64,000 bases of DNA from Scyliorhinus canicula (lineage: Eukaryota). The notes below the pieces were generated by a model. The model searched no databases, was not told the origin of the DNA, and worked only from the letters and a program-made list of their open reading frames with translations. The DNA lies in contig NC_052152.1 in NCBI RefSeq assembly GCF_902713615.1, forward strand, positions 47,777,810-47,841,809, given 5' to 3'. Shown piece after piece: positions 25,486 to 37,575 of the stretch (its first letter is position 1; the number at the start of each line of letters is the position of its first letter). A program made the position numbers and the translations under genes.

Positions 25486-26968
25486 CTGAAAAATAACCAG
25501 AATAATGTAGTAAATTAGAGAACTGATAAAGGGAATCATTAATACTGAAGATTTTATTCAGAATTCCAATATAAAACAAGCACTCTTAGATGAGGCACTC
25601 TATGGATTAGGCGCAATGCAGACACTTGCTTTACAATCAACCATGACAACCACTACATGCAGTTGTGGACCCACTATTACTGTAATTGTTCTGCATAAAT
25701 TCAGCTATTTTTGTAAATAAATAGTAGCAAATTGTATCCTAAAGATGCTATTCATTAACATTCCAACAAATCCTCACCTGAAAGTCATTTAATGCTTGGC
25801 AAACGTGGGGGGAGAAATGTTTATTACCTTGCAGTGTTTCCACGGCTATGCTAATACTTTGCATCATTGCCTGATGCAAAACACAGCATGGCGGAGGGAG
25901 AAACTATTACCATAAATCTGCTGACAATAGATACATTTTTATTAAAGTTGCTTTAAATGCCTTAAAATTCTCTTAAGTAGAAGATAAGAAAATCACATTG
26001 CAGATTTTCTAGATTACAACTATATCTGCTGATACTAGTGAGAAAAAAATTGTAACTGGTATATTGTTATTGCAGTCCTCAATAGACTCGCTCCAAAATT
26101 GACTGGAAATAAGAATTTTAATCAGCTTGGGTGATCTGGGGTAGTTGTAACAGGGTATTACAAGCCTATTTATTGACCCATCTTTCTCAAATAGGTTAGT
26201 TAAACCTAAGAGCTTAAGATATATTGAAGAAAGCACAGCCAAAACCAAACCAGTCATTTGAGAAAGCAGATAATCCGCAGAGATATTTGTGCATCTTGAA
26301 TCCTTTTTCATGGTAGAACTCAATTTAATAGCTTTCTCGCTGTCAGAGAAGGAGCAAGTAACAAGGATTTAGGGATATGGACTGGCTTCTTTTCCCTTGA
26401 CCTGGAGTTGGAATGACAAATACAAAAAAGATCACGTTAATTTTTGATTTGTTTTAGGTTTGGAACATTTGCGCGATCCAATTGCCTGTTCAATTTGGGT
26501 ATTGCTCTCGGAGGAAGAACAGTTGTTTAACCCAAATCATAAAAGTAAAGGCAATAAGTAGCATTTAAACATAGTTCTTTGGTCTCTAAATCTGGCTTCA
26601 AATGTACTCCAGAGAGTAGACATGACGGCAATTTCTGTTCGATTGAGATTGTGCATTTAAGTATCCACAATTCAATATTTGTCCTAAACAGAGGACCTAA
26701 TTTAATCTTTATGCACTTTGCAACGATAAAGGATTCAAATAAGGAAATTTATGATGGTTTTAGTAAGGTTCCCTTGCATTTAGTCACACGAGTTTTTTGA
26801 AGGATGTAGGTTGGAAATGTTTTATCACCTAGCCCACACCGTCCCCCCCTCCTCTCAATCCCTCTTCAAAATAGTGAGATACTGAAGTAATTTTATTGCT
26901 TCACATTCCAGCAGGGAGCCTCAGCCACTAAAAGCAGGATATCAGAAATTCAGGCATACACTGCACAT

Positions 26969-27963
26969 TAGAACAAAGAACTAAGAAACGTACAGCACAG
27001 GAACAGCCTCTTCGTCCCTCCAAGCTAGTGCCAACCATGCTGCCAGACTACACTACAATCTTCTACACATCCTGGGTCCGTATCCCTCGATTCCCATCCT
27101 AGTCATGTATTTGTCAAGATGCCCCTTAAATGTCACTATCGTTCCTGCTTCCACCACCTCCTCCAGCAGTGAGTTCCAGGATCCACTACCCTCTGCATAA
27201 AAAAATTGCCTCGTTCATCTCCTCTCAACCTTGCCCTTCGCACCTTAAACCTATGCCCCCTAGTAATTGACCCCTCTACCCTGGGGAAAAGCCTCTGACT
27301 ATCCACTCTGTCTATGCCCCACATAATTTTGTAGACCTCTATCAGGTCGCCCCTTAACCTCCATCGTTTCAGTGAGAACAAACAAAGTTTATTTAACCGC
27401 TCCTCATAGCTAATGCCCTCCATACCAGGCAACATCCTGGTAAATCTCTTCTACACCCTCTCTAAAGCCTCCACATCCTTCTGGTAGTGTGGTGACCAGA
27501 AGTGAACACAATACTCCAAGTGTGGCCTAACTAAGGTTCTATACAGCTGCAACATGACTTGCCAATTCTTATACTCAATGCCCCGGCCAATGAAGGCAAG
27601 CATGCCGTATGCCTTCTTGACTACCTTCTCCACCTGTGTTGCCCCTTTCAGTGACCTGTGGACCTGTACACCTAGATCTCTCTGACTGTCAATACTCTTG
27701 AGGGTTCTACCATTCACTGTACATTCCCTACCTGCATTAGACCTTCCAAAATGCATTACCTCACATTTGTCCGGATTAAACTCCATCTGCCATCTCTCCG
27801 CCCAAGTCTCCAAACGATCTAATTCCTGCTGTATCCTCTGACAGTCCTCATCGCTATCCGCAATTCCACCAATCTTTGTGTCGTCTGCAAACCTACTAAT
27901 CAGACCAGTTACATTTTCCTCCAAATCATTTATATATACTACGAACAGCAAAGGTCCCAGCAT
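26969..27963 (-). mobile_element. Second 5'-truncated copy of the same CR1 subfamily
   Basis: Nearly identical to 23453-24450. Confidence 0.93.
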
Positions 27964-30525
27964 TTAAACAAAGTTCCAATGTGCACTTCCAGTGGAGATG
28001 GCCCCTTGCCAGGAGTATGGTCAGAATGGAAAGACACGCCCAGTTACAATTCATAAAACTCGATTTGTTGAGTAGATGTAGCTTTTTATAGATTTGAGAG
28101 ATACTGTCAATGTTTACAGTTTGCAGTTTGTTGAGATACTGGACGCAATTCCTCAGGGCGGTTAGCCCCAGCCGGGATTCTCATTGGCCTATTGAATCAG
28201 ACATGAGGCCCAAAGCGGGAGTATCGCCCCACCCCCCCACCCCACCCCCCAGACTACTGGTACTAAAGGTAGGGACCAGAGCTAGGGACACCAAGGGGGA
28301 GCAAAGCGACAGGTAACCGCTTTACACTTATCTCCAGAGTGCTGAGGGGGGGCCTTAAGGGGAGGTGGGGGTCGGGGATCATTCCCGGGATGAGAGTCGT
28401 GTGGCAAGTCTTCCCCCTATAGCGTTGGAAACCGTTAAACTCTTTCAACATGTCAATTTCAATGATCTGTCAGATGAAGTAAAAGTTTTCCCTCTGTAGT
28501 CTTCAAACCTTTGTTGTCATTTCCAGCACGTCAAGTTCAAAGATCTGTCAGAGAAGGGTAAAATTCTTTCCTTTACTGCTTTGGAAACCTTGTTATTTTT
28601 CTCACATTCAATTTCATTCCCCTGTAACTTTATTAAGCCATTGGGCTTGCTGAGAAGACTAAAAGCTTTGAACTGTATTCTTTACATTCAATTTCAGAGT
28701 CCATTTTCTTTTAAAAGCCTCTTGATGGATAGGTCCAGGTATTTCAAGGGGGGGGGGGGGTTAGTTTTGGTTTTTATAGCTCTTCATAGTCCATTGACCT
28801 TACGGTTCTTCCTCTTTGGAGCAGGTGTTGTTTCTAACCACAGATTTCCACAAGAGGCCTTTTCATTGTTCCAAAGTCCTCCCTAGAAAACAGGTGCTGT
28901 TGCTAACTGCAGTTTTGTTTTCTGCTAGGGTTTCTTCTGTTCTGAAGTTCACCTTAGAAAGACCAGGTGCTCTGCTGAGTGCTCCCTCGTGGTAGTTGGA
29001 TCACAGCTGGAACACTTTTGAGAAATTCTGGGTACGAGGCCTTACGCTGGTCTTTAAGAGAGTGCAATGTAGATTTACCAGAATCATATCTGAAGCTGTA
29101 GGAGTGCATATACAAACTAGGGTTGTATTCCCCAGAAATGTTGAAGGTTAAGGAGTGATTTGATCGAAGTTCAAGAGATTATGTGGAAACAGGTAGATGG
29201 ACAGAAACTACTTCCACTGGCTCGGGAGTCTAGAACTGGGGGACATTGTTTGAACATTGGCAGGTTGAGGACGAGTGAAATTTGGGAACACTGCCACAGG
29301 AGCTTAGGATTCCTTTCCTTAAACGGAAATCTGAGATTGCTGAGATTTTTGTTATCCATATATAGTTCAAGATATGGGTCAATGACAGGCATATGGAGAT
29401 AGGTCACATTAGCCATGATTTCAACAAATGGCAGCACAAGCTCAAGGAGATACCTCTTCCTATGCTCTGGGGCAATACTGCCCAAACTTGTCATAAACCA
29501 AAGTCAGAATTAGTATAGGATATGGATCACTGACCAGCATATGGAGTTACTAACAGATCAGCCATGACCTCAACAAATGGCAGGACAAGCTCAAGAAGAT
29601 ACCTGTTCCTATGCTCTGGGACAATACTGCCTAAACTAGTCATAAGCCAAAGTCAAATTCTTAAACTCACCAGTCTGACTTAGTAGAAAACCTATATTTA
29701 TAAATGATAGAGGTTAGAAACACAAGCCAGGATAAACTTTAAAGTTCCAAATTCTTAAATGTCCCTCATACCATGCCATCTTTGACCCAATTTTAACTCT
29801 ACAATGAACATACTGAATGTATTTGTTACTCTTTAAAGATAAAGGAAATCTGATACAATGGACAGAAAAAATTACAACTATTTTTATAACACATTCTTTG
29901 CAGCATCATTTGCAGAGAATATATGACCCGTGTTGTTAAATGCTATTGAAAAAGAGAAAGGTTTAAACAAATCTTTCAATGTGATGTATTTATTTAAACA
30001 GCTTTTTAGACATCAAAGTGGCAACTTCCAATTTCTTCTTGTTTTAAGATGCCATCCTCTGGTGCAAATATTTAGGAAGTAAGGTTTGGGAAGTGACCTA
30101 CTCCAAAAACCTCTCCTACAGGCTATAGGAGGTGGGCAAAGGTAGTGCAGAGTGCTTTTCTATATGCTTCCTTAAGGAAATGCATCACAACTGTGGTTGT
30201 TACGAAGCACTCTTTGGATGGAGAATGGGAAGACTGTTATGTGACAAGGTGCATCTGTGCAACGTGCAACTCTTATAGCCTCACCCACCAGTCCCTTATT
30301 TACCTACAGTTGGTTAATGTACGTTTGTCTGTTGCTATATTGAAGACATTATTCTCATTATTGCACTATAAATTCAAGGAAATAAAATTACAAATGAAAG
30401 GATAAACATTAAAATCAATAATTGTTTCAGCAACAAATATTGCTTGTTCCATAATCATCACACTAGCAGAAAAATAAAACTTCTTGCTCCTTCAGGTCAA
30501 TTGCATTAACGACATATTCACTTAC

Positions 30526-30582
30526 CGTGTTTGATAGATGTGTGGCCACTTTCAATGAAAGACCAGATAGACGCATTGCAGG
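30526..30582 (-). CDS. Amidase gene coding exon 2
   Basis: ctctcag|PAMRLSGLSLKVATHLSNT|gtaagt; resembles plant FAAH APHLTGLSFKLF. Confidence 0.85.
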
Positions 30583-30830
30583 CTGAGAGAAAGTACAGAA
30601 CAATGACTCATTAGTAGTTTCGTAAGTTTAATTATTTTTTCCATTTAATTCTTGAGATATGATTAAACAGCCCAGGTAATAATCAATGAGTGACATCTGG
30701 ATTAAAACCAGTATTATTCAGCAAAAATCAAATTCTATTCAATTCCATCTATGAGAAAACAAGTTTCCTGGCTCTCTTTGTATCTGGGTTTTGAGTTAGT
30801 CTGTTCACCGTATTGGATTTTTATTAGAGT

Positions 30831-31803
30831 TGTTGCTCGTTTTACTAGAGTGTGATTAACACGCCTCTGTTTAAAGGCCTTGTGCTTAACACTGCTATGG
30901 CTCTGTATGTGTAATTATGCTCGGAGTCGCCAGGTGCCGTATTGAGACACCGTCACAAGTATATCAAGGTCAGGTTCAAATTAATAAATCCGTACACCGA
31001 TTAGTAAGTCCAAACGATTGGTGTTTATTATAACAAATATAATAAATACACATGCATACGCTAAAGAGACTAACTTACTTCTAATACTAAACAACTAAAT
31101 ACTTATCTAGACAGGAACAGGCAAGGTCAGGGAACAAGGCCTTCGTCCCGTTCTTGGTCTGCAACTTTCTGATTCGTAAAGTTGTCAAGATCTAGCAAGG
31201 TCTGGATCACGTAGCGATCGTTGTATTGGCACTTACAGTTCGATGGCTGAGGCTCAACGGCTGGTGATGAAACTGGAGTCAGGATGCGATGTAACAAGTC
31301 TGGGCCGGAGCAAACAACAGACTTGGGCCGGAGCAAGCAAGCAGACCGAACCATGTGCGGGGTCTACTCTTATTAGGTCCTAGAAGTCCGTGCCCCCTTG
31401 GGGCGGTTCTTTCACCTGCCAGGTATCAATTGGGCCTCTCCCAATCGATATCTTCCAAACTCCCCAATCTGAGGGTCGTTCCTCGATGGGTGGGGCGGTC
31501 CCTACGGCTCTTTGTGTTGGTTGCTGTGGCGCCATTCTGTCTGGGCTTCTACGGAAAAGTATCCATCGATACTTAAATGTTTCTATTGTGCGGGGTCTGG
31601 ATCTGGATCACCTCATTACTATGCAGATCTGTTTCCCATTTGCACCTTTGGCTGAAACTCTGCACCTGGCCAGAAACTGGTTTCTGTACGTGCAGAATGC
31701 AAATTAGTCTTCTGCAAGCTGCTTGTCCTCACTAAGACTGTTTTTCCCTGCAGCCTTAGCAGTTCTCCATTTTGTAGCCCAGTGTCCATCTTAGATGGCT
31801 ACA
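30831..31803 (-). repeat. 3' LTR (973 bp)
   Basis: TG...CA termini; preceded on the minus strand by PPT GAGGATCACAAGGAGGGAA; AATAAA at 31024-31029. Confidence 0.97.
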
Positions 31804-32171
31804 TTCCCTCCTTGTGATCCTCACAAGAAATTGTGAAGGATCACCTATGCACGTTTCTTCGAGTGCCTTTGGGTGCCCTCTTTGGGTTCCCTGACCTTAG
31901 CAAGTTCCTGGGCGTCTACGCTGTCTTTAACTATGGCAAGAAAATTTTTATCTCACAGTTCTACTTGGCGCTATGTCAAAGGGAACATGCATTACCAATA
32001 ACCGGGAACCTCTACCTATCACAACTACTATCCTTATCTCATTTTAAACATTTTATTACAGTCTAAAAACATTATCCATTCACACCACATTACATATCAC
32101 TTTCTGACTCAGCAGTCGAGGTCAGAACAATATAATACATTAGTGTCTTCTTTATTAACATATTGCTTTAT

Positions 32172-32516
32172 TCATTTCCTAGGCCGTTGGGGGGATTGGT
32201 GAAAACCGAAAATAGGGGATTGAACTCCGTAAATGGTTGAGGGGCAGGAACGGAAGGCTCTCCTTTTCCATTTCGTCAACCTGAGGGTCTGTACAATGAT
32301 GCAGAGAATTGCAATCACCAACAGTGATTCAATCACGTACGACATTGAGTACCATGTCATGAATTTTGTGCACCAGGTCTGAACCTCGCTGATCAGAGCT
32401 GAGCACAGGGAAGTTGATGTGAGGGAAACATTAACGGCGGGGGTTGTGGGGGAAACGTGACTTGCTTCCACATATACAAATACAACATTTAATAGTAATA
32501 GGTAGGCTTCCGTCAT
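32172..32516 (-). CDS. Small type I membrane protein (114 aa) in the env position
   Basis: ACCATGA start; signal peptide, NVS sequon, Cys pair, TM helix VIESLLVIAILCIIVQTL, polybasic RLTKWKRRAFR. Confidence 0.7.
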   Translation of the reverse strand: MTEAYLLLLNVVFVYVEASHVSPTTPAVNVSLTSTSLCSALISEVQTWCTKFMTWYSMSYVIESLLVIAILCIIVQTLRLTKWKRRAFRSCPSTIYGVQSPIFGFHQSPQRPRK

Positions 32517-33349
32517 GGTCTTCTCTTCGTTCTCTTTGTCCTCTTCCTTCTGTATGGCCGATCCTTGCCGTGAACCCTCTTTCGTCTTTCGAAAGCTATG
32601 GGATCAAGCACAGTATCTGTCAATACACAGTTTAATATCCGTACTTGTTAGTGTATCTGTCCTCTCATTCCAATTGACCCTTAAATGACTGGCCAAGTCA
32701 CACCCTGTGACTCCCCTCATTTTTTTTTTTCAAAAGCGAATTTAGGAGCAGAAATACACCTAACAACTTTCCTCCTATGAGTTCTCTCGCAGGCTTTCCA
32801 AATTTACCATCCGAATGTTCCTGGATGTAAATAGCATGTGGGATGGCTGCCTAAGGGCTACCTAACAAAAAATGAAAGCAAATTTTGAACCAAAAAGGTC
32901 GAATGGGTTGCGTATGGGCCGCTACGGGTAAGATTTGAATGGAGTCCCCGGGTAGGGCGTGCTGTGCCATACCCGAGCTTGGCTGACCAAAGTGGGTTCT
33001 CAGACAGGGCGGGTCCTCAGTGCCGTTTCTCCACTGCCTGAGTAACCTGGAATGAACGGGCAAGAATGTGTTAACCGTGGGATTGCAGCCTCTATTCACC
33101 GAATAGAGGGGCACCTAAAAAACAAGGGAGGAGGCAAGATGCTCCTTGCAAAAAGTTGAGCTGTGCTCCAGACATTTTAGCCATCTTGTGAGGTGGTCAC
33201 AATCTTTTCAGCTGAAAAGATCTGCAATCAAACCCTTAATATATTAACAAGCAAACAAACACAAACAAACAAACAAACATACGTGCAGGTTCCATCAGAA
33301 AGGATATCGCTTCCCTCAAGCGGTTCCTATTTTACATCATCTGGACACC

Positions 33350-36300
33350 TCACTTTTCCTCTGCCTCTGTGAACAGGGTCACAAAGGGGTTGCCGTATCG
33401 GGAGTCAGACACCGTGTCGCCCTGCTCTCCCGGATCCCACACCCTTGTGTGGATCAGGCATGCAATCTTGGAATTATGCGACCGGGGGTCACTTTCATCA
33501 TTACGGACAAGTCTGTATGAATTGTCCCTGTGCCAAAGTGTGGGGTCTAAACTTGAAGGTGTATTGTCGGGTTCATCGGGGTCGGGTGGTGCGTCAGGGT
33601 ATTTAACGTAGGTGACCTCCATGGGGTCACTGGAGTCGGGGTCGTAGTCGCTACAGTGTGGGCTGTAGGGTTGTGTGCTGTGGCTGTCCTCAAAGTCAGT
33701 GTCAGTATCGCTGTCTCTGCTGTGGCAGCTTGTGGGCGTTTCGGGGCGTGGTCTGTTGTGGTCAGTGGGCGGAATCGTGGGCGAGTCCGATGATGAACTG
33801 GTCTGTGAGGGGGATGGTGGAAACGTGTCTCTAGTGGGCGGGGCGAGATGTTCTGCTGCGTCTAGCAGGATATGGTGTGCGTGGTTAGACTGTGTTCCAT
33901 ATGCCTGTAGTTGGTTAATATAGAACCACGCAGTCTTTCCATTGGGGTATTTTATCCTGTAAACTGAGGGGCTAATTTTGTCCGAAATTGAATACGGGCC
34001 TGAAAATTTTGGTGCCAAAAAACTGCTGGGGTTATACACAGATAGCATTACCTGTTGCCCAACCTGAAATTCTGTGGGGTGTACGTTCTTATTAAAGCAA
34101 GCTGTGCTTTGTTTGCGTCGTTTGCCCAGTTGAACTGCGGCTGCGATCTGTGCAGACCTCACAGTCTCAACTAGGTCTTTAACAGCTTTTTCATGTGTGA
34201 GGGCTGTCACTTCGGGGCTAGTCATGTCCTGTCCTAAAAGGAATTCTGTACCTTTCATAGGGCGTCCGGTCATGAGTGTGTGTGGGGTGAATCCTGTGGA
34301 TGTTGAAACCGTGTTGCGGATAAACATTAGTGCAAATGGGAGTACCGAATCCCATGTAGAATTGTTTTCCTGAACCATTTTTCTAAGGGTCGATTTTAGG
34401 GTCCGATTCATGCGCTCTACAATCCCGCTGGATTGTGGGTGATACGCAATGTTAAAATTTTGTTTAATGCCGAATATGGTCAGGATGTTCTTCATGACAC
34501 GTCCTGTGAAGTGAGATCCCTGGTCTGAATCTATACTTCTGGGTAAACCCCATCTCGTGAAGATGTGGTGGGTCAGGATCTTTGCAGCTGTCTTAGCTGT
34601 ATTTGTTCGTGAGGGGAATGCCTCTACCCATTTGGTAAAGGCATCAATTACAACCAGCACGTATTTATAAGCCATTCCTACAAGGGGGCAATGGTCCTAT
34701 AAAGTCGATCTGGAGGTTTGTCCAGGGGCCATTAACTGGTCGAGTATGCCGAAGCTGTGCCTTTTTGGAATACCTCTCCGGGTTATTCTGGGCGCAAATA
34801 AGGCAATTCTCGATGTAACGGGTAGCATCGGTCCTTAAATTAGGCCACCAATAGAGTTGCCTGAGGTGCCTCGTGGTCGGGTCGATCCCTTGATGTCCAT
34901 GACCGTCATGGAACAAGGCAATCATTTGATTTCTATCCTGTTGCGGGACCACATAAAGCTGGTCCTTGATGATCACACCCTCATGTGTGGTCAAAGCGTG
35001 TACTGTGGCACAAAAGTCCCTTTAAAAATCTCCCTGAGATCTTCATCCTGCTTCTGTGCCTCGGCTAAATCTTTAATGTCCGTCTGTGAGACTTGAACTG
35101 CACTCACAGGGGCGCTAGCTGGTGCGCTAGCTGGGGGTGCCCAACAGTGTCCTCGCCTGGAACCTGCTTTTGCCAGTGCGTCGGCTTTTACATTTTCAGG
35201 GGGGGGATGACCTATGGTGGCTTCTAACTTTGATAATTCCAAAGGTCCTATCCTTCGCTTTGTCTAGGATGTGGCGGAGTAAAGAGGCTGATGGAAGGGG
35301 TTTCCCGTCTGCGGAGACAAAACTTCGTGTCCTCCACAGGGGTAGAAAATCCGTTAAACTGTTGCAAACATATAGACTGTCCGAATATATGTCTGCCGGG
35401 CTGGGGAAAGAATCGGGGTGGTCCACTATGTAAGCTATAGCCACGAGCTCTGCTGCCTGCGCGCCTAAGTGACCTGGCAATTTTAAAGCTATTTCTTCGA
35501 GTGCGCGACCCTGCGCGTCCTCGACATAGATGCCGCATCCAGTGATACGCTCACCATCTAAAACTGTGGATGAACCGTCCACGTATATCTTCAGTGGGCC
35601 ACACGTGTCTGTGTGTTGGGGGCTTTGTCTTGGGTTCCCTATCTTCCTGGGAGGTGTCTTCGCTATGAAGGGTCCTGTGTTGTGTAGGGGTGCTACAATT
35701 TCGCATTCATGGGGCTGCCCTGGATATTGGAGGTTGTCGGCTAAAAATGTGTGTGTCCGGGTCCGTTTTACCGTAATGTCCCGTCCTTGTAAAAGTAATG
35801 TCCACCTAGCTGCCCTAATCTGGCTAACTGAACCGTCCTTCAGTCGACCGCCTAGGAGTAACTGTGTGGGGGTGTGCTCGGTCAAAATGGTGATGGGGTT
35901 GAGTCCGGTAATGTAGGAAAAGTATTGAACTGCCCAGAAAACTGCTAGGAGGTGCCTCTCGCAGGCTGAGAATCCTTGTTCTACTGGGTCTAAAAGTCTT
36001 GAGGCATAAGCCATGGGTCGTAGCTGCTCGTGCCGTTCCTGGAGTAACACGGCCGAGAGGGTTAGATCAGTGCTCGCTACCTCTATTGCATAGGGGGAGA
36101 GTTGGTCTGGGACTTGTAGCGCGGGTGCTGCGCTAAGGGCTTTCTTTAGATCTTCCACAGCCTCTGTATGCTGCGGAAGCCATTCCCATGGGGCTCCTTT
36201 CTTAAGGAGGTCTGAGAGTGGGGCTGCCTTTGTCGCGAATCCATCGATATGGTTCCGACAGTACCCAACCAATCCTAAGAACGACCGGAGGGCTGAAACA

Positions 36301-37575
36301 TTCTGGGGAAGGGGCAATTTGACAATCGAATCAATCCTTTTGAATTTGATCTCGCGTTTGCCGTGCGTGATGACTGTACCCAAATATATCACTTTATTTT
36401 CCAATATCTGGGCCTTTCTGGGGTTAACTTTACATCCAATCGAGGTTAAACGTTCCAGGAGCTCGGCCAGAAGCGTAATGTGCTCTGCCTTGGTGTCTGT
36501 CTGCAGTAATAGGTCGTCCACATACTGTACCAGACATTCGGGGCGGGAAAATTTTACTAAACCATTTGCCAGCTGTCGGTGGAAAATGGAGGGGAAATTG
36601 TGGAATCCTTGTGGGAGGCATGTCCACGTATACTGCTGTGCTTTGAATGTGAAGGCAAATTTGTACTGGCACGCCTTTGCCAATGGGATTGACCAGAAGC
36701 CATTGCTAATGTCCAATACCGTGAAATATTTGGAGTGGAGTCCCTGTTTGAGCATGGTCTCGGGACTTGTTGCTACCGTGGGGGCGACTGCTGGGGTTAT
36801 TTTGTTGAGCTCCCGATAATCGATGGTCAGACGCCATGATCCGTCGGGCTTTCTCACTGGCCAAATAGGAGCATTATTGGTCGAGGCTACTGTCCTAAGT
36901 ACACCTTGCTCCAATAAGCTATCTATTACTTTCCCTATTTCTCCCTCTGCTTCTAGGGGAAATCTGTACTGTTTCTGTGGTCGGGGGTCAGGTCCGGTAA
37001 CTTGAACTTGTCCAGTCATTCTGCCGCAGGCGTGCCGGTGACTGGCAAATGCTGTCCTGTGTTTGTTTAAAACTGCTGTCACTTGTTTGTCCATGCTTAG
37101 TGTAGTCAGGTCGAAAGAATAGTCGCCTACTGCGCTAATCCTATTCGCATACTCTCCTACTGTGAGAGTAGCGGGTGCTCTGTCTGACCTTGCCATTCGC
37201 CAGACACACTGGTTTACTGGGTCGAACGACAGGCTATGGGCATTCATAAAGTCTATTCCCAATATGTGTTCTGCTGTACGGGGAAGATTTACTAAAACGA
37301 CGGGGTGTTTGGTAGAGATGTTCCTTAGCTGGATTGCTACGGGGGGCTGTAATGTGTCCCTGCTGTGAGTGACCTGTAAAACCGCTAAGTGTGATGGTGG
37401 AGGTGGTCGGCCACGTGTCTGCCTGTGCCGTGGTGGTGGAATTAATTGTGGTGTGGGACCCTCCTGTGTCCCAAAGTAACTCTATGGGCTTCCCTCTAAC
37501 CTTTGCTGTGACTACCGGTCTTCCGGATTGATCCCAAAGAGTGTCACAGACCCAAGTGGGGGAGCCCGAACACCG
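33350..37575 (-). pseudogene. pro-pol: protease, RT, tether, RNase H, integrase; about 4 frameshifts
   Basis: LLWDTGG; LDISNGFW, LPQGF, QYVDD; IEVAST..YASR tether; YVDGSS..AQAAEL..YSDS..KADALAK; HDGHGH..CLIC; DSDQGSHF..VERMNRTLK. Confidence 0.93.

Noticed and set aside
25828-25870. AG/GT-bounded 43-bp candidate amidase exon
   Set aside because: Phase 0-1 is incompatible and there is no amidase similarity; the 25448-25485 exon fits instead.
31127-31354. Identical 75-aa ORF here and at 39919-40146
   Set aside because: A by-product of LTR duplication; no coding signature.
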